A stretch of DNA of 61,684 nt, the filler included, from an uncultured bacterium (GTDB lineage Bacteria > Latescibacterota > UBA2968): the NCBI GenBank assembly GCA_964471275.1. It is 7 parts of 7 records of this genome, joined end to end, with 100 filler letters (N's around TTAATTAATTAA, not from the genome) between each part and the next. Parts side by side here need not be neighbours in the genome. Positions count along the whole stretch, not along the records: positions 35,590 to 44,223 come from CAYYGZ010000200.1; positions 44,324 to 52,957 come from CAYYGZ010000201.1; 5 more parts are not named here. One strand, 5' to 3'. Of this stretch, positions 40,034 to 50,844 are shown in pieces. Made by a program: the position numbers and the translations under genes. The notes under the pieces are model-generated. The model made no database searches. It was not told the DNA's origin and was given only the letters and a program-made list of their open reading frames with translations. Positions within the stretch are counted from its first letter, which is position 1. Each line of letters starts with the position of its first letter.

Positions 40034-42850
40034 CTATTGCAGCCTTGACAGGTTGAACGAATAGAAACCTGAGCTGATGACCGCCCTGGGATGCACGTCG
40101 TCATCCTTGTACTGCCACTTGCCTGACACGTCCGGATCCGTAGTCTTGGTAGAGGAGTCCACACTTCCGTTCTCCTGTCCTTCCGAGATCAAGCACCCGC
40201 TTTCCAACACACACACAGCTTCCCCTCCCATCTTCGGAAGATACACATCCACCACCACGCCGACAGGTACACGAACTTCTAGCGCAAAGGTCTCGCTCGT
40301 CCGCTTCCACGCCACGCTCATTCTTCCCCTCACCGTCTCCACCGACGCCTTCGCCCACCTGATCTCCCCAAAACATCTCGGGCGCAATGTGATCCGCCTG
40401 AACCCGACGGTCTCCGTCTGAATCCCGGCAATCTCCTTGTAGAAAAACTTCCCGACACTCCCGAACAGCTTCATATTCCGGCTGAGCTGCGTTTCCTCGC
40501 TCCCGTCCCACGACTCCCACAGCGTCGTCGCGCCCCGTTTGATCGCGTATCCCCAACTCGGATACGTCGTTTGCGTGGCAATCCGGTGCATCACCTCACC
40601 TGCCCCGTGTCGCGGCAGCACCTCGACCAGCGCGTTTGTCCCGAGCATTCCCGTAGTCAGATGTCCCTCGTGCGCCTCGATATCTGCGACCAGATTCTGG
40701 ACCACTCCCTCGACGCATTTCTCAGGCACCAGCCCGAACATCAGCGGGATCGCGTTCGACGACTGACTCCCCGTTGCATACTTTCTGTTCGTGGCATCGA
40801 GGAATCGCGCGTTGAACGCCGCCTTGATCTCCTCCGCCAGCGACCCATACGCCCGCGCATCGTCGGCCTCGCCTAGAACCTCCGCAGCCTGAGCCAGTAC
40901 CCGCACATCGTAAAAATAGTAGGCCGTCGATGTCAACGCGGACGGCGTGTTCTTCGGCCTGGATGAGGGCCTTCCATCGGGCTGGGGCTCCATGTGATCG
41001 CCAAGCCCTCTCTCGATGATATGCCCCTCCGCCTGTGACCCCAGGAAATCCACCAGCTTTCGGATCCCCTCGTAGTGCTCAGCCAGGATTCGCTCGTCGT
41101 CATAGAACCGGTAGACCGACCAGACGATGACTGCATACGTGCTCTTCCAGACCGGCATGTTCCCGTAGGTCTCGTGGGTCCTGCGCCAGTGCAGCGGGCA
41201 GATCACGGGCAGGTCTCCGTCCGTCTTCTGTGCATCCCGGATGTCCATCGCCCACTTAGACCAGAACGCTGCCGTGTCGAAGTTGAAGAAGAAATCCTCT
41301 GGAATCGGATCGCCCAGCCATCCCACCCGCTCTGACCGGTCCGCGGCATCCTGCGGGAAGCCCTGCATACTGCTCGAAAACGTCCATCGCACGTTGCTGT
41401 GAATCTGGTTCAGCAATTCGCTATCACACTCGAACATCCCGACCGACTCGACCGACGATCTTACGTGTCTCGCCTCGATATCGCCGAGCGCAAGCTCACC
41501 GGGATACCCGATCACCTCTGCATACCGGAATCCGTGCAGCGTGAACCGCGGCTCCCAAACCTCTTCACCCTCCCCCTTCAGGATATAGTGATCCGTCTGC
41601 CGGGCGATGTGCGTGCAGTGCAGGTTGTAGAGATTGCTCCGGGCGTCGAGCTCCCCGTGCTCGAACAGCTCCGCCCCGTGTCGGATCGTGACCCGGCATC
41701 CTTCCGCTCCAATGACACGCATCCGTATCCACCCACTGAAATGCTGTCCGAAGTCGACGACGCATTTCCCCGGACCCGACTTGCTTATCCTGATCGGCGC
41801 GATCGTCTCCACCACCCGAATCGGCTCGATCATCTGCGCCGTCAGAGAACCATTCGGCCCATCCACGACCGTCGCCGCTCGCCACCCCTCATCATCGAAC
41901 CCCACCGCAAGCCACCCAGGCTGTTCCATCCGCGCGTCGTATGTCTCCCCATTGCTGTAATCGTTGTAGAGAATCGGCCCGCCGCTCCACTGCCAGCTCT
42001 CATCACTCGCAGTCTGCACAGCGTTCCCGCTTGCCAACTCAATATTCGCCTGCAGCATCAGCACCGGCCGATCCCCATACGGCTCCCGATGCATCGGTGA
42101 CGGGGGAATATCCGCTTCTGCGCTATACCACCCGTTCCCGAGCGTCACGCCGATCACGTTCTCTCCCTCGACAAGCCGATCGGTCACATCATAGGTCACA
42201 TAAAGGACCCGCGCATTCAGCGGAAACGGCTGATCGTTATGGTAGTAGGTCGTCCCTGGATCGAGAACGCTGTCACCGACCTTCTCACCGTTCACGTAGA
42301 GCTCGTAGTATCCCAGCCCACACACGTAGATCCGCGCCCGCCCGGGTTTCCCCTCAAGGTGCAGCGTCTTGCGAAGCAGCGGTGACGACACACCGGCATC
42401 CGCCGCAATCCATTCGCCCTGCCAGTCCTTCTGCTCCAGAAGACCCATCTCGAATGTGGCCGTGTAGCTGTATTCGCTCGCATCATCCCCATCCCACCAC
42501 CGTACCTTCCACCAGCAAGCCTGCCCGCCAGCCAGCGTCTTGCCCTCATACGCAACATTCACGTTCCGATCCGATGCTACCTTCCCGCTGTCCCACAGGT
42601 CACCGTCATCCGCACCAAGCGCTTCGGCGCTGCTTGCAACAAGCACCTGGTAAGCGGTCTGGTATTGTCCTCTGGCGTCGGGCGTAGGCGGATCGATCCA
42701 GCTGAGACGTGGGTGTGTCTTATCGATCCCGAGCGGGTCGATGAGGTATTCGCATCTGAGGTCGGTCGGTGGAATCACGGAATGGGTCGGCATCGTTAAT
42801 GGGGAGGGCTGCGCGATCGATCGATCGTCAAGAGACCTGTGTCGAATCAC
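40034..42850 (-). CDS. Alpha-L-rhamnosidase, GH78
   Basis: LRCEYLIDPLGID, GETYDAR, DFGQ, FTLHGFRY, RSERVGWLGD, GATTLWESW. Confidence 0.93.
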   Translation of the reverse strand: MIRHRSLDDRSIAQPSPLTMPTHSVIPPTDLRCEYLIDPLGIDKTHPRLSWIDPPTPDARGQYQTAYQVLVASSAEALGADDGDLWDSGKVASDRNVNVAYEGKTLAGGQACWWKVRWWDGDDASEYSYTATFEMGLLEQKDWQGEWIAADAGVSSPLLRKTLHLEGKPGRARIYVCGLGYYELYVNGEKVGDSVLDPGTTYYHNDQPFPLNARVLYVTYDVTDRLVEGENVIGVTLGNGWYSAEADIPPSPMHREPYGDRPVLMLQANIELASGNAVQTASDESWQWSGGPILYNDYSNGETYDARMEQPGWLAVGFDDEGWRAATVVDGPNGSLTAQMIEPIRVVETIAPIRISKSGPGKCVVDFGQHFSGWIRMRVIGAEGCRVTIRHGAELFEHGELDARSNLYNLHCTHIARQTDHYILKGEGEEVWEPRFTLHGFRYAEVIGYPGELALGDIEARHVRSSVESVGMFECDSELLNQIHSNVRWTFSSSMQGFPQDAADRSERVGWLGDPIPEDFFFNFDTAAFWSKWAMDIRDAQKTDGDLPVICPLHWRRTHETYGNMPVWKSTYAVIVWSVYRFYDDERILAEHYEGIRKLVDFLGSQAEGHIIERGLGDHMEPQPDGRPSSRPKNTPSALTSTAYYFYDVRVLAQAAEVLGEADDARAYGSLAEEIKAAFNARFLDATNRKYATGSQSSNAIPLMFGLVPEKCVEGVVQNLVADIEAHEGHLTTGMLGTNALVEVLPRHGAGEVMHRIATQTTYPSWGYAIKRGATTLWESWDGSEETQLSRNMKLFGSVGKFFYKEIAGIQTETVGFRRITLRPRCFGEIRWAKASVETVRGRMSVAWKRTSETFALEVRVPVGVVVDVYLPKMGGEAVCVLESGCLISEGQENGSVDSSTKTTDPDVSGKWQYKDDDVHPRAVISSGFYSFNLSRLQ

Positions 42851-44028
42851 GGGGCAGCCCCCAGGTCCGGCACCTCCATCAGAACCCCGCCCTGCTTTGC
42901 CGACTCGTGTGCGATCAGTCCCGGAATCAGATACCTCGCCGCCTGCCAGACGTTGTTGTTCGGTATGGTGTCGTTGATGAGGGCTGACACAAACTCGTGC
43001 ACGAGGAACTTGTGGCTCCCTTTGTGCCCATTATTCAGCTTCATGTACTCGCGAGGAAGCTCGTGGACAGGATGCACCTTGCTCTCCCCCCGATACGTCC
43101 AGTCCCCGCCGACCACGCTGTCAGCGTCTGCGTCCACCGGCGTCTCGTCGGTCGTGCAGTTCAGCAGATCATTCAGCTGCTCGAACTTGCCTCGCTCCCT
43201 GGTCACCCAGATCTGCGAGTCATACTGCTCTTCGTAGCAGCCTGCTGTCCCGAACATACTCAGACTGACCTCACCCGGATGCCCGATTCGTCTGAACTCG
43301 TTGATCCGGGCCGAGCTGCCGTCGCTCATCCTGCATAGCATCGTCTCGTTGCTAAAGGTGTTCTGATACGCATTCGATTCCGTGAATAGTCCGTCCTCAT
43401 GATTGTCCACGAACCCCATCCCTGACACTTGCGTTGCGTATGCGCCAGTCACCGAAACCACCAAACTGGTGGAATGCGTGGGATAGAACATCGGCGGAAT
43501 CCCTGCGTGCTGTTTCCAGTCCTTTCCGAACCGCCACTGCTTGACCTCGTACAGCCCGTGGTCGAAATCGTGGAAGTACTGCGCCTCCGCGAACACGACC
43601 CGCCCAAAATCTCCGCTCCGGAACCGATTACGACAGTAGATCGCATCCGGATAGTAGTAGCTCGTTTCACCGATCTGGTACGTCAGCCCGGTCTCCTCGA
43701 CCTTCCTCACCAGCGCCGTGATTTCCTCGACCGTAATTGCCGAGGGTACGGCTGAGTAGACGTGCTTCCCGGCCTCCAGCGACTGAAGCGCCTGCGGTCC
43801 GTGCCGATCGTTCTGCGTAAAGATCGCAATCGCGTCGACACTGCTCTTGCACAGCGCATCAAGCGAATCACACGTCTCCCTGATTTCGTGCTGTTCCGCG
43901 GACACCTTCAGCTTCTCTTCGTCCAGGTCACACAGAACGACGCCATCCACCTCCGGATGGTGTTTGAACAGTGGGATAAAGTTCTTCGAAAACGACCCCG
44001 TCCCACATATACCTACCTTCATACCCAC
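42847..44028 (-). CDS. Gfo/Idh/MocA family oxidoreductase
   Basis: VGICGTGSF, AGKHVYSAVP, YPTHS, GHKGSH. Confidence 0.9.
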   Translation of the reverse strand: MGMKVGICGTGSFSKNFIPLFKHHPEVDGVVLCDLDEEKLKVSAEQHEIRETCDSLDALCKSSVDAIAIFTQNDRHGPQALQSLEAGKHVYSAVPSAITVEEITALVRKVEETGLTYQIGETSYYYPDAIYCRNRFRSGDFGRVVFAEAQYFHDFDHGLYEVKQWRFGKDWKQHAGIPPMFYPTHSTSLVVSVTGAYATQVSGMGFVDNHEDGLFTESNAYQNTFSNETMLCRMSDGSSARINEFRRIGHPGEVSLSMFGTAGCYEEQYDSQIWVTRERGKFEQLNDLLNCTTDETPVDADADSVVGGDWTYRGESKVHPVHELPREYMKLNNGHKGSHKFLVHEFVSALINDTIPNNNVWQAARYLIPGLIAHESAKQGGVLMEVPDLGAAP

Positions 44029-44141
44029 GTGATCCCTGCCTGATTTGACCCACTGAATCGTGTGTGCAGGGGAGGTTCGGTGACGGTCAGGAGACCCATT
44101 GCAAACTCACCCACACCCCATACCCACTGCCCCTTCCCCCA

Positions 44142-44222
44142 TCAATCCTCGAACGTCCCATCTTTCCGCTGGTGCAATCAAACCGTATTCCCATCAGGAT
44201 CCTGAACGCAGGCAAAATGGCA
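44142..44222 (-). pseudogene. C-terminus of a VOC/glyoxalase-like gene with an in-frame TGA
   Basis: CHFACVQDPDGNTV*LHQRKDGTFED*; the DPDGN motif is typical of VOC proteins; cut by the contig end. Confidence 0.55.
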
Positions 44223-44223
44223 G

Positions 44224-44323
44224 NNNNNNNNNNNNNNNNNNNNNNNNNNNNNNNNNNNNNNNNNNNNTTAATTAATTAANNNNNNNNNNNNNNNNNNNNN
44301 NNNNNNNNNNNNNNNNNNNNNNN
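44224..44323. other. Artificial contig spacer
   Basis: N-TTAATTAATTAA-N linker. Confidence 0.98.
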
Positions 44324-44497
44324 GATCTGATCTTCTTTGCCCGAGTGACCGGTGGGAGCCTTGCTATAAGCGAGTCGGAAGCCGATGGGTATCGATGGTG
44401 CACGTCCGCAGACCTGACGTCCGAAGATATCCACGAGGATATCCGTCAGCTGGGTCAACGTGCAATCGCAAGAGTACATGCATTCGAGAAAGAATAG
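44324..44497 (+). CDS. 3' end of a probable NUDIX hydrolase, partial
   Basis: Open frame DLIFFARVTGGSL...SEADGYRW from the contig edge to TAG, 3 nt before cysK. Confidence 0.5.
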   Translation, partial: DLIFFARVTGGSLAISESEADGYRWCTSADLTSEDIHEDIRQLGQRAIARVHAFEKE

Positions 44498-44500
44498 CGA

Positions 44501-45442
44501 GTGGCCTATCTAAACGCGGTAACAGATGATGTCCTCGATCTGATCGGCAACACTCCGATCGTGCGGCTAGGGCGTATCGCAGGTTCAGCGGACGCAGACA
44601 TCTATGCGAAGCTAGAGCATCTGAATCCGGCGAAGACAGTGAAAGACCGACCCGCGGCCGCGATGATCGCGCAGGCCGAACGGGAAGGGCATCTCAAGCC
44701 CGGAATGACGATCGTAGAGCCGACGAGCGGCAATACAGGCATTGGTCTCGCCATGGTCGCCGCTGCCAAGGGTTACCGTCTGATACTGACGATGCCTGAT
44801 ACGATGAGCCAGGAGCGTCGCGATCTGCTGAAGAGTTACGGTGCCGAACTGATTCTCACGCAGGGCTCGCTGGACATGCAAGGCGCTGTGGACCGCGCTT
44901 GTGAGATTTCGGATGCTACGCCTCACGCGGTCTTTGTGCCTCAGCAGTTCGACAACCCGGCCAACCCGAAGATTCATCGTGAGACGACGGGACCCGAGAT
45001 CCTTGAGGCCTGCGAGGACCGAGTAGACGCTTTTGTCAGCGGGATCGGTACGGGCGGCACAATCACGGGAGTGGGTGAGGCAATCAGGGCTGTCTGTCCT
45101 GACGCTTTGATCGTAGCAGTCGAGCCGGCCCGGTCGAACATCCTGTCAGGGGGAAGTCAGGGAATACACGATATCCAGGGCATCGGCGCAGGCTTTGTAC
45201 CGTCAGTACTGAACCGCGACATCTATGACGAAATCATTTGCGTCGAAGATGATGAGGCCATTGCCGTCGCACGCCGACTGTCCCGGGAGGAGGGCATCCT
45301 CGCGGGGATTTCCGCCGGCGCAAACGTCCACGCCGCGTTGCGGATCGCGGAGCGTTTGGGGTCAGGTAAACGGGTAGTGACCGTCGTTTGTGATTCGGGT
45401 GAGCGCTATTTCAGCGTAGCCGGTTTCATAGACGGGGAGTAG
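44501..45442 (+). CDS. cysK: Cysteine synthase A
   Basis: IGNTPIV, VKDRPA (PLP Lys), EPTSGNTGIGLA, QQFDNPAN, GTGGT, IQGIGAGF. Confidence 0.95.
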   Translation: MAYLNAVTDDVLDLIGNTPIVRLGRIAGSADADIYAKLEHLNPAKTVKDRPAAAMIAQAEREGHLKPGMTIVEPTSGNTGIGLAMVAAAKGYRLILTMPDTMSQERRDLLKSYGAELILTQGSLDMQGAVDRACEISDATPHAVFVPQQFDNPANPKIHRETTGPEILEACEDRVDAFVSGIGTGGTITGVGEAIRAVCPDALIVAVEPARSNILSGGSQGIHDIQGIGAGFVPSVLNRDIYDEIICVEDDEAIAVARRLSREEGILAGISAGANVHAALRIAERLGSGKRVVTVVCDSGERYFSVAGFIDGE

Positions 45443-45444
45443 GG

Positions 45445-45630
45445 CTAGAGACTGACGCTCTCACGTACGGGGGCCCGCGGAGAGCCGCGACGTCTGCTTC
45501 GTACAAACTCGCGACGATGAGAAGGCAACTGCTTCCCCTCCTCGGGCTGCACGGTGAACAGGTTCAGTATCTGCATTCCTTTTTCCACCCCGAACATTTC
45601 GATCAAGCTTTGGATGGCTTCGGGAGACAT
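45445..45630 (-). CDS. Small hypothetical protein, 61 aa
   Basis: Strong SD AGGAGG before ATG 45630; fills the gap between cysK and the fucosidase. Confidence 0.55.
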   Translation of the reverse strand: MSPEAIQSLIEMFGVEKGMQILNLFTVQPEEGKQLPSHRREFVRSRRRGSPRAPVRESVSL

Positions 45631-45764
45631 GTTTTCCTCCTGAGTCGGTCGAAATTTCTGTTCAACGACATCCAACTGGCAGCAAGACGTGCTTCCAGAC
45701 TGGTTTTCTGCCGTATCTGCATTATGAACCGACCAGGGGTTGCAAGCACCGAGCCACGAGGAGA

Positions 45765-46808
45765 ATGATGTCTGACATACCCAGCTATCTGACCGGATAT
45801 GATGATCTTTATGCCAAGAACCCGAGACAGGCCGCGCTGAAATGGTTCAGCGATGCGCGGTATGGGTTGTTTCTTCACTACGGTTTATACTCGCTGCTCG
45901 GTCGGCACGAATGGGTGCAACTCAGGGAGCGTATCCCGGTGGCCGAGTATGCGAAGCTGGCTGATTCGTTCACGGCTGAAGGCTTCGATGCGGATGTGAT
46001 CGCCAGGACTGCGAAGGCCTGTGAATTCCGGTATGTCAACTTGACAACCCGTCATCACGACTCGTTTTGCCTGTTCGAAACCGGTGAGACAGACTTTACC
46101 AGCACGAACGCCCCTTGCGGCCGTGACCTGGTTAGAGAACTGGTGGAGGCGTGTGGCCGTCACGGTGTGGGCGTGTGTCTTTACTACTCTCACGGACGCG
46201 ATTGGCGACACCCGCACGCTCCGAACAACGATCAGTGGGGAGGGAGCGCGAGGCCCGCTTACGATCCAGATGATCCCAGCTACGCAACGGGAGACGCGCA
46301 CGATCTCCAGGTCTATCTGGATTTCATGACCACGCAGATCACCGAGTTGCTCGAGAATTACGGTCCCGTGGCCGCGATCTGGCTTGACGGGATCGCCACA
46401 CCCGCGAGTGGTGAGAAAGGACTGTTTCGGTGCCAGGAGCTGTATGACACCATCCACAGTAAGCAGCCCCAGGTGCTCGTATCATACAAGCAGGGGTTGC
46501 TTGGTACGGAGGATTTCCAGGCGCCCGAACACAGAGCGATCGAAGATGCCGGAAAGCCGATGGAGATCTGTACGGCGATGTGCCCGGGCCCTGAGGGTAA
46601 GTCTGTATCCTGGGGATATCTCGAGGCCGGAAAAGGTTATCATCTTGGCGTTGACGATGTGTGGGATCGGCTTCAGGAAGCTGGTTCGAGAGGATGTAAT
46701 CTGCTGTTGAACTCGGGGCCCCTGCCGGATGGGTCGCTCGATCCGGAGGACATCCCCGTGCTCGAGGAAATCGGCGAGCGCATTCGCAGTGCAGGTTTTC
46801 CATCGTGA
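45765..46808 (+). CDS. Alpha-L-fucosidase, GH29
   Basis: WFSDARYGLFLHYGLYS, TTRHHDSF, IWLDG, NLLLNSGP. Confidence 0.93.
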   Translation: MMSDIPSYLTGYDDLYAKNPRQAALKWFSDARYGLFLHYGLYSLLGRHEWVQLRERIPVAEYAKLADSFTAEGFDADVIARTAKACEFRYVNLTTRHHDSFCLFETGETDFTSTNAPCGRDLVRELVEACGRHGVGVCLYYSHGRDWRHPHAPNNDQWGGSARPAYDPDDPSYATGDAHDLQVYLDFMTTQITELLENYGPVAAIWLDGIATPASGEKGLFRCQELYDTIHSKQPQVLVSYKQGLLGTEDFQAPEHRAIEDAGKPMEICTAMCPGPEGKSVSWGYLEAGKGYHLGVDDVWDRLQEAGSRGCNLLLNSGPLPDGSLDPEDIPVLEEIGERIRSAGFPS

Positions 46809-46820
46809 ATCTGGTGCATC

Positions 46821-48509
46821 GTGTCTAGCGAACCCGCCCAAGCCGGTCCGCAGGTCGACACACCCTTCGTGTGACTCCCGGAGACCGATTGCGATTGCCT
46901 CGATCCTGACGGTCGCGATCAACGCGATCATTCCGTACACCCATCACTACATGCATACCATCTCGTTAGTCGAGGGGATGATGCCGATGGGTGTCCTGAT
47001 GCCGTTTCTCCTCCTGATTTTCGTCGTCAATCCTCTTCTGAAGCTTGTCGGTAAAGGCATCCAGCTCGAACCGTGGGAACTGATCATCGTCTTCTCGGTG
47101 TCCTACGTCAGTGTTCACATCAATGAACTCCTTGGCCGTGTCCTCGCGACCTACGCTGTGATGCATTATATGGCGGCCCCGAGAACCTGTGGGCCGAGTA
47201 TGCCTACGGACTGGTTCAGCCTTGGATGGTCGTGGAGAATGCAGGGGATCGCCTAGCCTGGTTCTATGAAGGGCTCCCCAAGACCGAGACTGTCCCGTGG
47301 GATATCTGGATTCGTCCCTCATTCTGGTGGCTCAGCTTTCTGGGCGCGATAGGCGTCGGTTGTGTCTCTTTCGGATCGATTATACGACGACAGTGGGTCG
47401 AGCAGGAACGGCTGACGTTTCCGTTTGCGACTGTTGCGGAGGAACTGGCCCAACGATTCCGATTGGGATCGAGAACAGGACGATCAGGCTGGGACGCTAT
47501 GTTCCGTTCCTCCACGGGCGAATCAACTTTCTGATCATTGCGTTCGCGTATTTCACGGATCTGCAGGTTCTCCTGTCGATCTGGGTTTTCTGGGTGCTGG
47601 CGTGGATACAGATCGGGGTGACAAACCGGATTGATGTCGTGGAAGGTGTCGGTGATTTCGGGGGGGGGCGATGCAGCAGGTGCTCGGTGGGTTCATCGTC
47701 TTCTGTGTTTGGGGGCTGTGGAGCGCGCGTGACCACCTGAGAGATGTCTTCAGGCAATTGGTTACCGGCGATCAGAGGCTTGACAATAGCAACGACCTGA
47801 TGTCCTATTGGACCGCAGTCATCGCCTTTATCTGTGCCGTCTTGTATATGCTGCTATGGATGACCAAAGCCGGGATGAATCAGGCTCTGGCCCTTGTGAT
47901 CATGACTTTTTGGTTTGTCTTCTACGTCGGGTTCGCGAAGGTGATCGCGATGATCGGTCTGGTTTTCGCCGAATCTCCGGGCCTTGGAGTCAAGATCCTC
48001 GGATTGGCCCCCCGGATTCGCTGGGTTCCGGCTCGATCGTCGTGCAACAAGTGCTCGGTAGCTGTTACCAGAACGGAAAATGCTTCGCAATGCCGAGTGC
48101 GACCCACGCTGCCCGTTTGGGTCAATCTCTTGGCGGAAGGGCAATTACGCTCGGGTGGACCGTTGTGGCTACGATTTTGCTCTCATTGGTTGCCGCAGCG
48201 ATTTCTAAGATCTGGCTCGGCTATCAGGACGGTGCGTTCAACTTCGGCTCCTACATGTTCCGTGCAACCGCACCACGTTACTACGATGGCATCGTCAGCT
48301 CGATCAAGGATATCGGCAAAGAAACGCACTACGGTAGCCGGATGGCGAAGGTGATCATACTCCGGATAGGCGGGATCAGGCTGTACCGACGCGGTATTCC
48401 TATGATGATCGGGTGCGTGGTCGGATATACTTTCGCTCTTTTCATCAGCATGCTGGTGGATCTGATCTGGTTTCCCGGTCAGGGACACAATCTGTTCTGG
48501 GGAGACTGA
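46821..48509 (+). pseudogene. Large membrane protein (DUF6785/DUF6784-like putative transporter), multiply frameshifted and deleted
   Basis: Segments in at least five successive frames: WFYEGLP..VPWDIW, RRQWVEQERLTFP, AKVIILRIGGIRLYRRGIP; shifts near 47190, 47455, 47665, 48010. Confidence 0.7.
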
Positions 48510-48642
48510 GAGCGGGTTCGAAACGCAAAATGAGGAGCATCAAGCAGCAAGATCTGGCCGTTGACTGCGCTACGCCACGCGTTCCCTGCGTCCATTCTCT
48601 TTACGGCTCTCCACAATCCACAAGAAAGCGATCGATTCTCTG

Positions 48643-49077
48643 ATGACCTTGAAAGTCTACCATTTCTTCGTCGGCCGTCTCAGGTTGGGTGAGGTCCGCG
48701 ATCGAGTTTACAGGATCCTGACGATTGCGAGTTTGTTGATTGCAATAGGCGGATCGGTGGTGCTTGTCGTGGCTTTCATGATGCGGATGCAGGTGCTGGT
48801 CGTTGCGCTCTCGGGAATCCTGTCCATGGCGCTGGCGTTCCATCTGTTTATCAAGCTGTGGCCCCACGAGGACAAGGACGAGGTTGTCGATCGACGTGTC
48901 GAGCGGGTGCAAAAGGCTGTCCAGGCTAAGAAAGCGTCGCCACAACTCTCGCCGGAGGAGTACCGAAGACAGAAGATGAAAGCACAGCAGATGATTGCGA
49001 AGAAGGCGGCACCGGCTCTCGCAAAAGCGATCCAGAGTATTCTGCACCGGGAGCGCGAGAAGGAGGCGGGGCGATAG
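48643..49077 (+). CDS. Hypothetical two-TM membrane protein with basic helical tail
   Basis: Two hydrophobic segments followed by a charged helix. Confidence 0.6.
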   Translation: MTLKVYHFFVGRLRLGEVRDRVYRILTIASLLIAIGGSVVLVVAFMMRMQVLVVALSGILSMALAFHLFIKLWPHEDKDEVVDRRVERVQKAVQAKKASPQLSPEEYRRQKMKAQQMIAKKAAPALAKAIQSILHREREKEAGR

Positions 49078-49175
49078 GGGACAGAACTACGGTCTCTGCT
49101 TGATGCGGAGACGAAAATCGGCAAATAAGAGGGAAGTACCGCGAGGCGGCGATGCTCAGAGAGCATCGCCCTTTT

Positions 49176-50720
49176 CTATGGGAAGCGGTAGAGGTAGATC
49201 GAACCGCCTGCACGATAGAACGGTTTGTATCGGGAGAGCCAGTCGATGTCCGGACGCTTCGTCTGCTGCGAGATCTTGCGGAAGTGCACCAGATTATGCG
49301 CGCTGATTGCGTAGACACCGGGCTTCGGCCGCATCGCCTCGATGTCTGGCATTCGCCTGGCATGCACACCATAGAGCACCGGGTCCGCGGTGCCGAAGTA
49401 TCTGATCGTGAGCGGCGTGTCCGGATGCTGAGATTGCCAGGCTGCGAGTGCGGGCAAGTCCTGACCCCAGTCTAGATTGGAATCATCCATGAGATACGGA
49501 CCGTTGGAGATCCCGCCCGACAGCACGTTGAAGTACGAGAGGTAGTGCGGAAAAGCAAGTGCACCGATCAGGGCCGCCCACACGATCAGGCCGATGTAAA
49601 CTCGCTGGCACATTCGGCACGGCTTGTCTGATGCGGCGATCGCGATGAAGGCAAACAGGAATGGGTAGGCGGGCAGGATTCGACGCAGCCCGATGTTCGC
49701 ACGATCGAAGATGGAGGCGACAACGACGAGGAGAACAGGGACGAGCAGGTAGAGGGCCGGGCGCCGCAGCCTTGGTGAGCGGATCACGGCCCACGCAGCG
49801 ATCCCGGTCAGAAGGATGGTGGGCTCCGGTGTCTTCAGCAGGAAGGCCACGGGATGGTAATACCAGATCGATTCACTGGCGATGGATCCGAGCAGGTAGA
49901 ACTGGTAGCCCTGAGTGAATCGGGAGTAGATCGCATCCAATCCCTGCAGGTAGAGCGCTGGCCCGTTCGCGAAGTCGTATCCAATGAACAGCAAGAGGAT
50001 GATGCAACCGGCGGCAATTGCCCCGCCCTTGGTCAAATCCGCTATCGCGACTGCTTTCCGTTTCAGCTCGTAGAGCGACAGGACCACGAAGGCCGGGCAG
50101 AGAAGGAGCGCGGTGAATTTGGCCAGAAGCGCGAGACCAGTGACAACACCCAGCATGATCCAGTCAGCCGGGCGGTTGGACTCGACTGATCGCCATAGAC
50201 ACCAGACTGCGCCGAACATCAGAGCGGCACATCCCAAGTCTGTGGTTGCGAGCCGACCGTGTGCGAGCAGGTTTGGCGAGAGCGCCACTAGGATCGCGCC
50301 CGTTACTGATGCGGCAGGTCCCGCCAGCTGAAAGCAGAACGCTCCGACCGTGAGCACCAGGCAGCCTCCCATGATCCAGACCGGGAATCTCGCCCAGAAT
50401 GCGAAGTCCGAGATCCGCTCACGGTTGCGGATGATGTAATCCCGGGCAAATGCCACTTGGGCCCTCTTTTCCCATCCGGGATGAGCGTAATTCGGGGGGG
50501 TGAAATCACCGAGTCGGATCGGTAGCGCAACCAGTTCCTGCATCAGCGGGGGGGCCTCGGGGTTTAGCCGGAAATCGCCCTTATCTAGGTAGGTGTATCC
50601 CGAGGTGATGAATGTCGGTTCGTCCCAGGTCAGCGATTTTCGGCTTGCGGAGCTGGCAGCTAGGGCAATAAACAGGAGCGCCAGCAGGGGGACGATGATC
50701 TGTAGTCGGGTGTTGGGCAT
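49176..50720 (-). CDS. GT-C glycosyltransferase, GT39/ArnT/PMT-like
   Basis: SLTWDEP, NPEAPPL, HGRLATTD, ALLAKFT, IGLRRILP, DSNLDWGQDL. Confidence 0.88.
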   Translation of the reverse strand: MPNTRLQIIVPLLALLFIALAASSASRKSLTWDEPTFITSGYTYLDKGDFRLNPEAPPLMQELVALPIRLGDFTPPNYAHPGWEKRAQVAFARDYIIRNRERISDFAFWARFPVWIMGGCLVLTVGAFCFQLAGPAASVTGAILVALSPNLLAHGRLATTDLGCAALMFGAVWCLWRSVESNRPADWIMLGVVTGLALLAKFTALLLCPAFVVLSLYELKRKAVAIADLTKGGAIAAGCIILLLFIGYDFANGPALYLQGLDAIYSRFTQGYQFYLLGSIASESIWYYHPVAFLLKTPEPTILLTGIAAWAVIRSPRLRRPALYLLVPVLLVVVASIFDRANIGLRRILPAYPFLFAFIAIAASDKPCRMCQRVYIGLIVWAALIGALAFPHYLSYFNVLSGGISNGPYLMDDSNLDWGQDLPALAAWQSQHPDTPLTIRYFGTADPVLYGVHARRMPDIEAMRPKPGVYAISAHNLVHFRKISQQTKRPDIDWLSRYKPFYRAGGSIYLYRFP

Positions 50721-50750
50721 AGGAGTCTGGCGTGCATTAGGGAGGCTATC

Positions 50751-50779
50751 TTGACACGTCTATGGGGCCTCGGTATATT
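50751..50779 (+). promoter_or_regulatory. Sigma-70 promoter for ssb
   Basis: TTGACA-17 nt-TATATT; SD AAGGAGG before ATG 50845. Confidence 0.75.
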
Positions 50780-50844
50780 CGCCAACAGATCTAAGGGTCG
50801 TGCCATGATCCGAAAGACAATACCAACAGACAAGGAGGCAACGT

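Noticed and set aside
44142..44222. Alternative genetic code or selenocysteine suggested by the in-frame TGA
   Set aside because: TGA is the normal stop of fabH, fabD, rnc and others here; the site fits Trp rather than Cys
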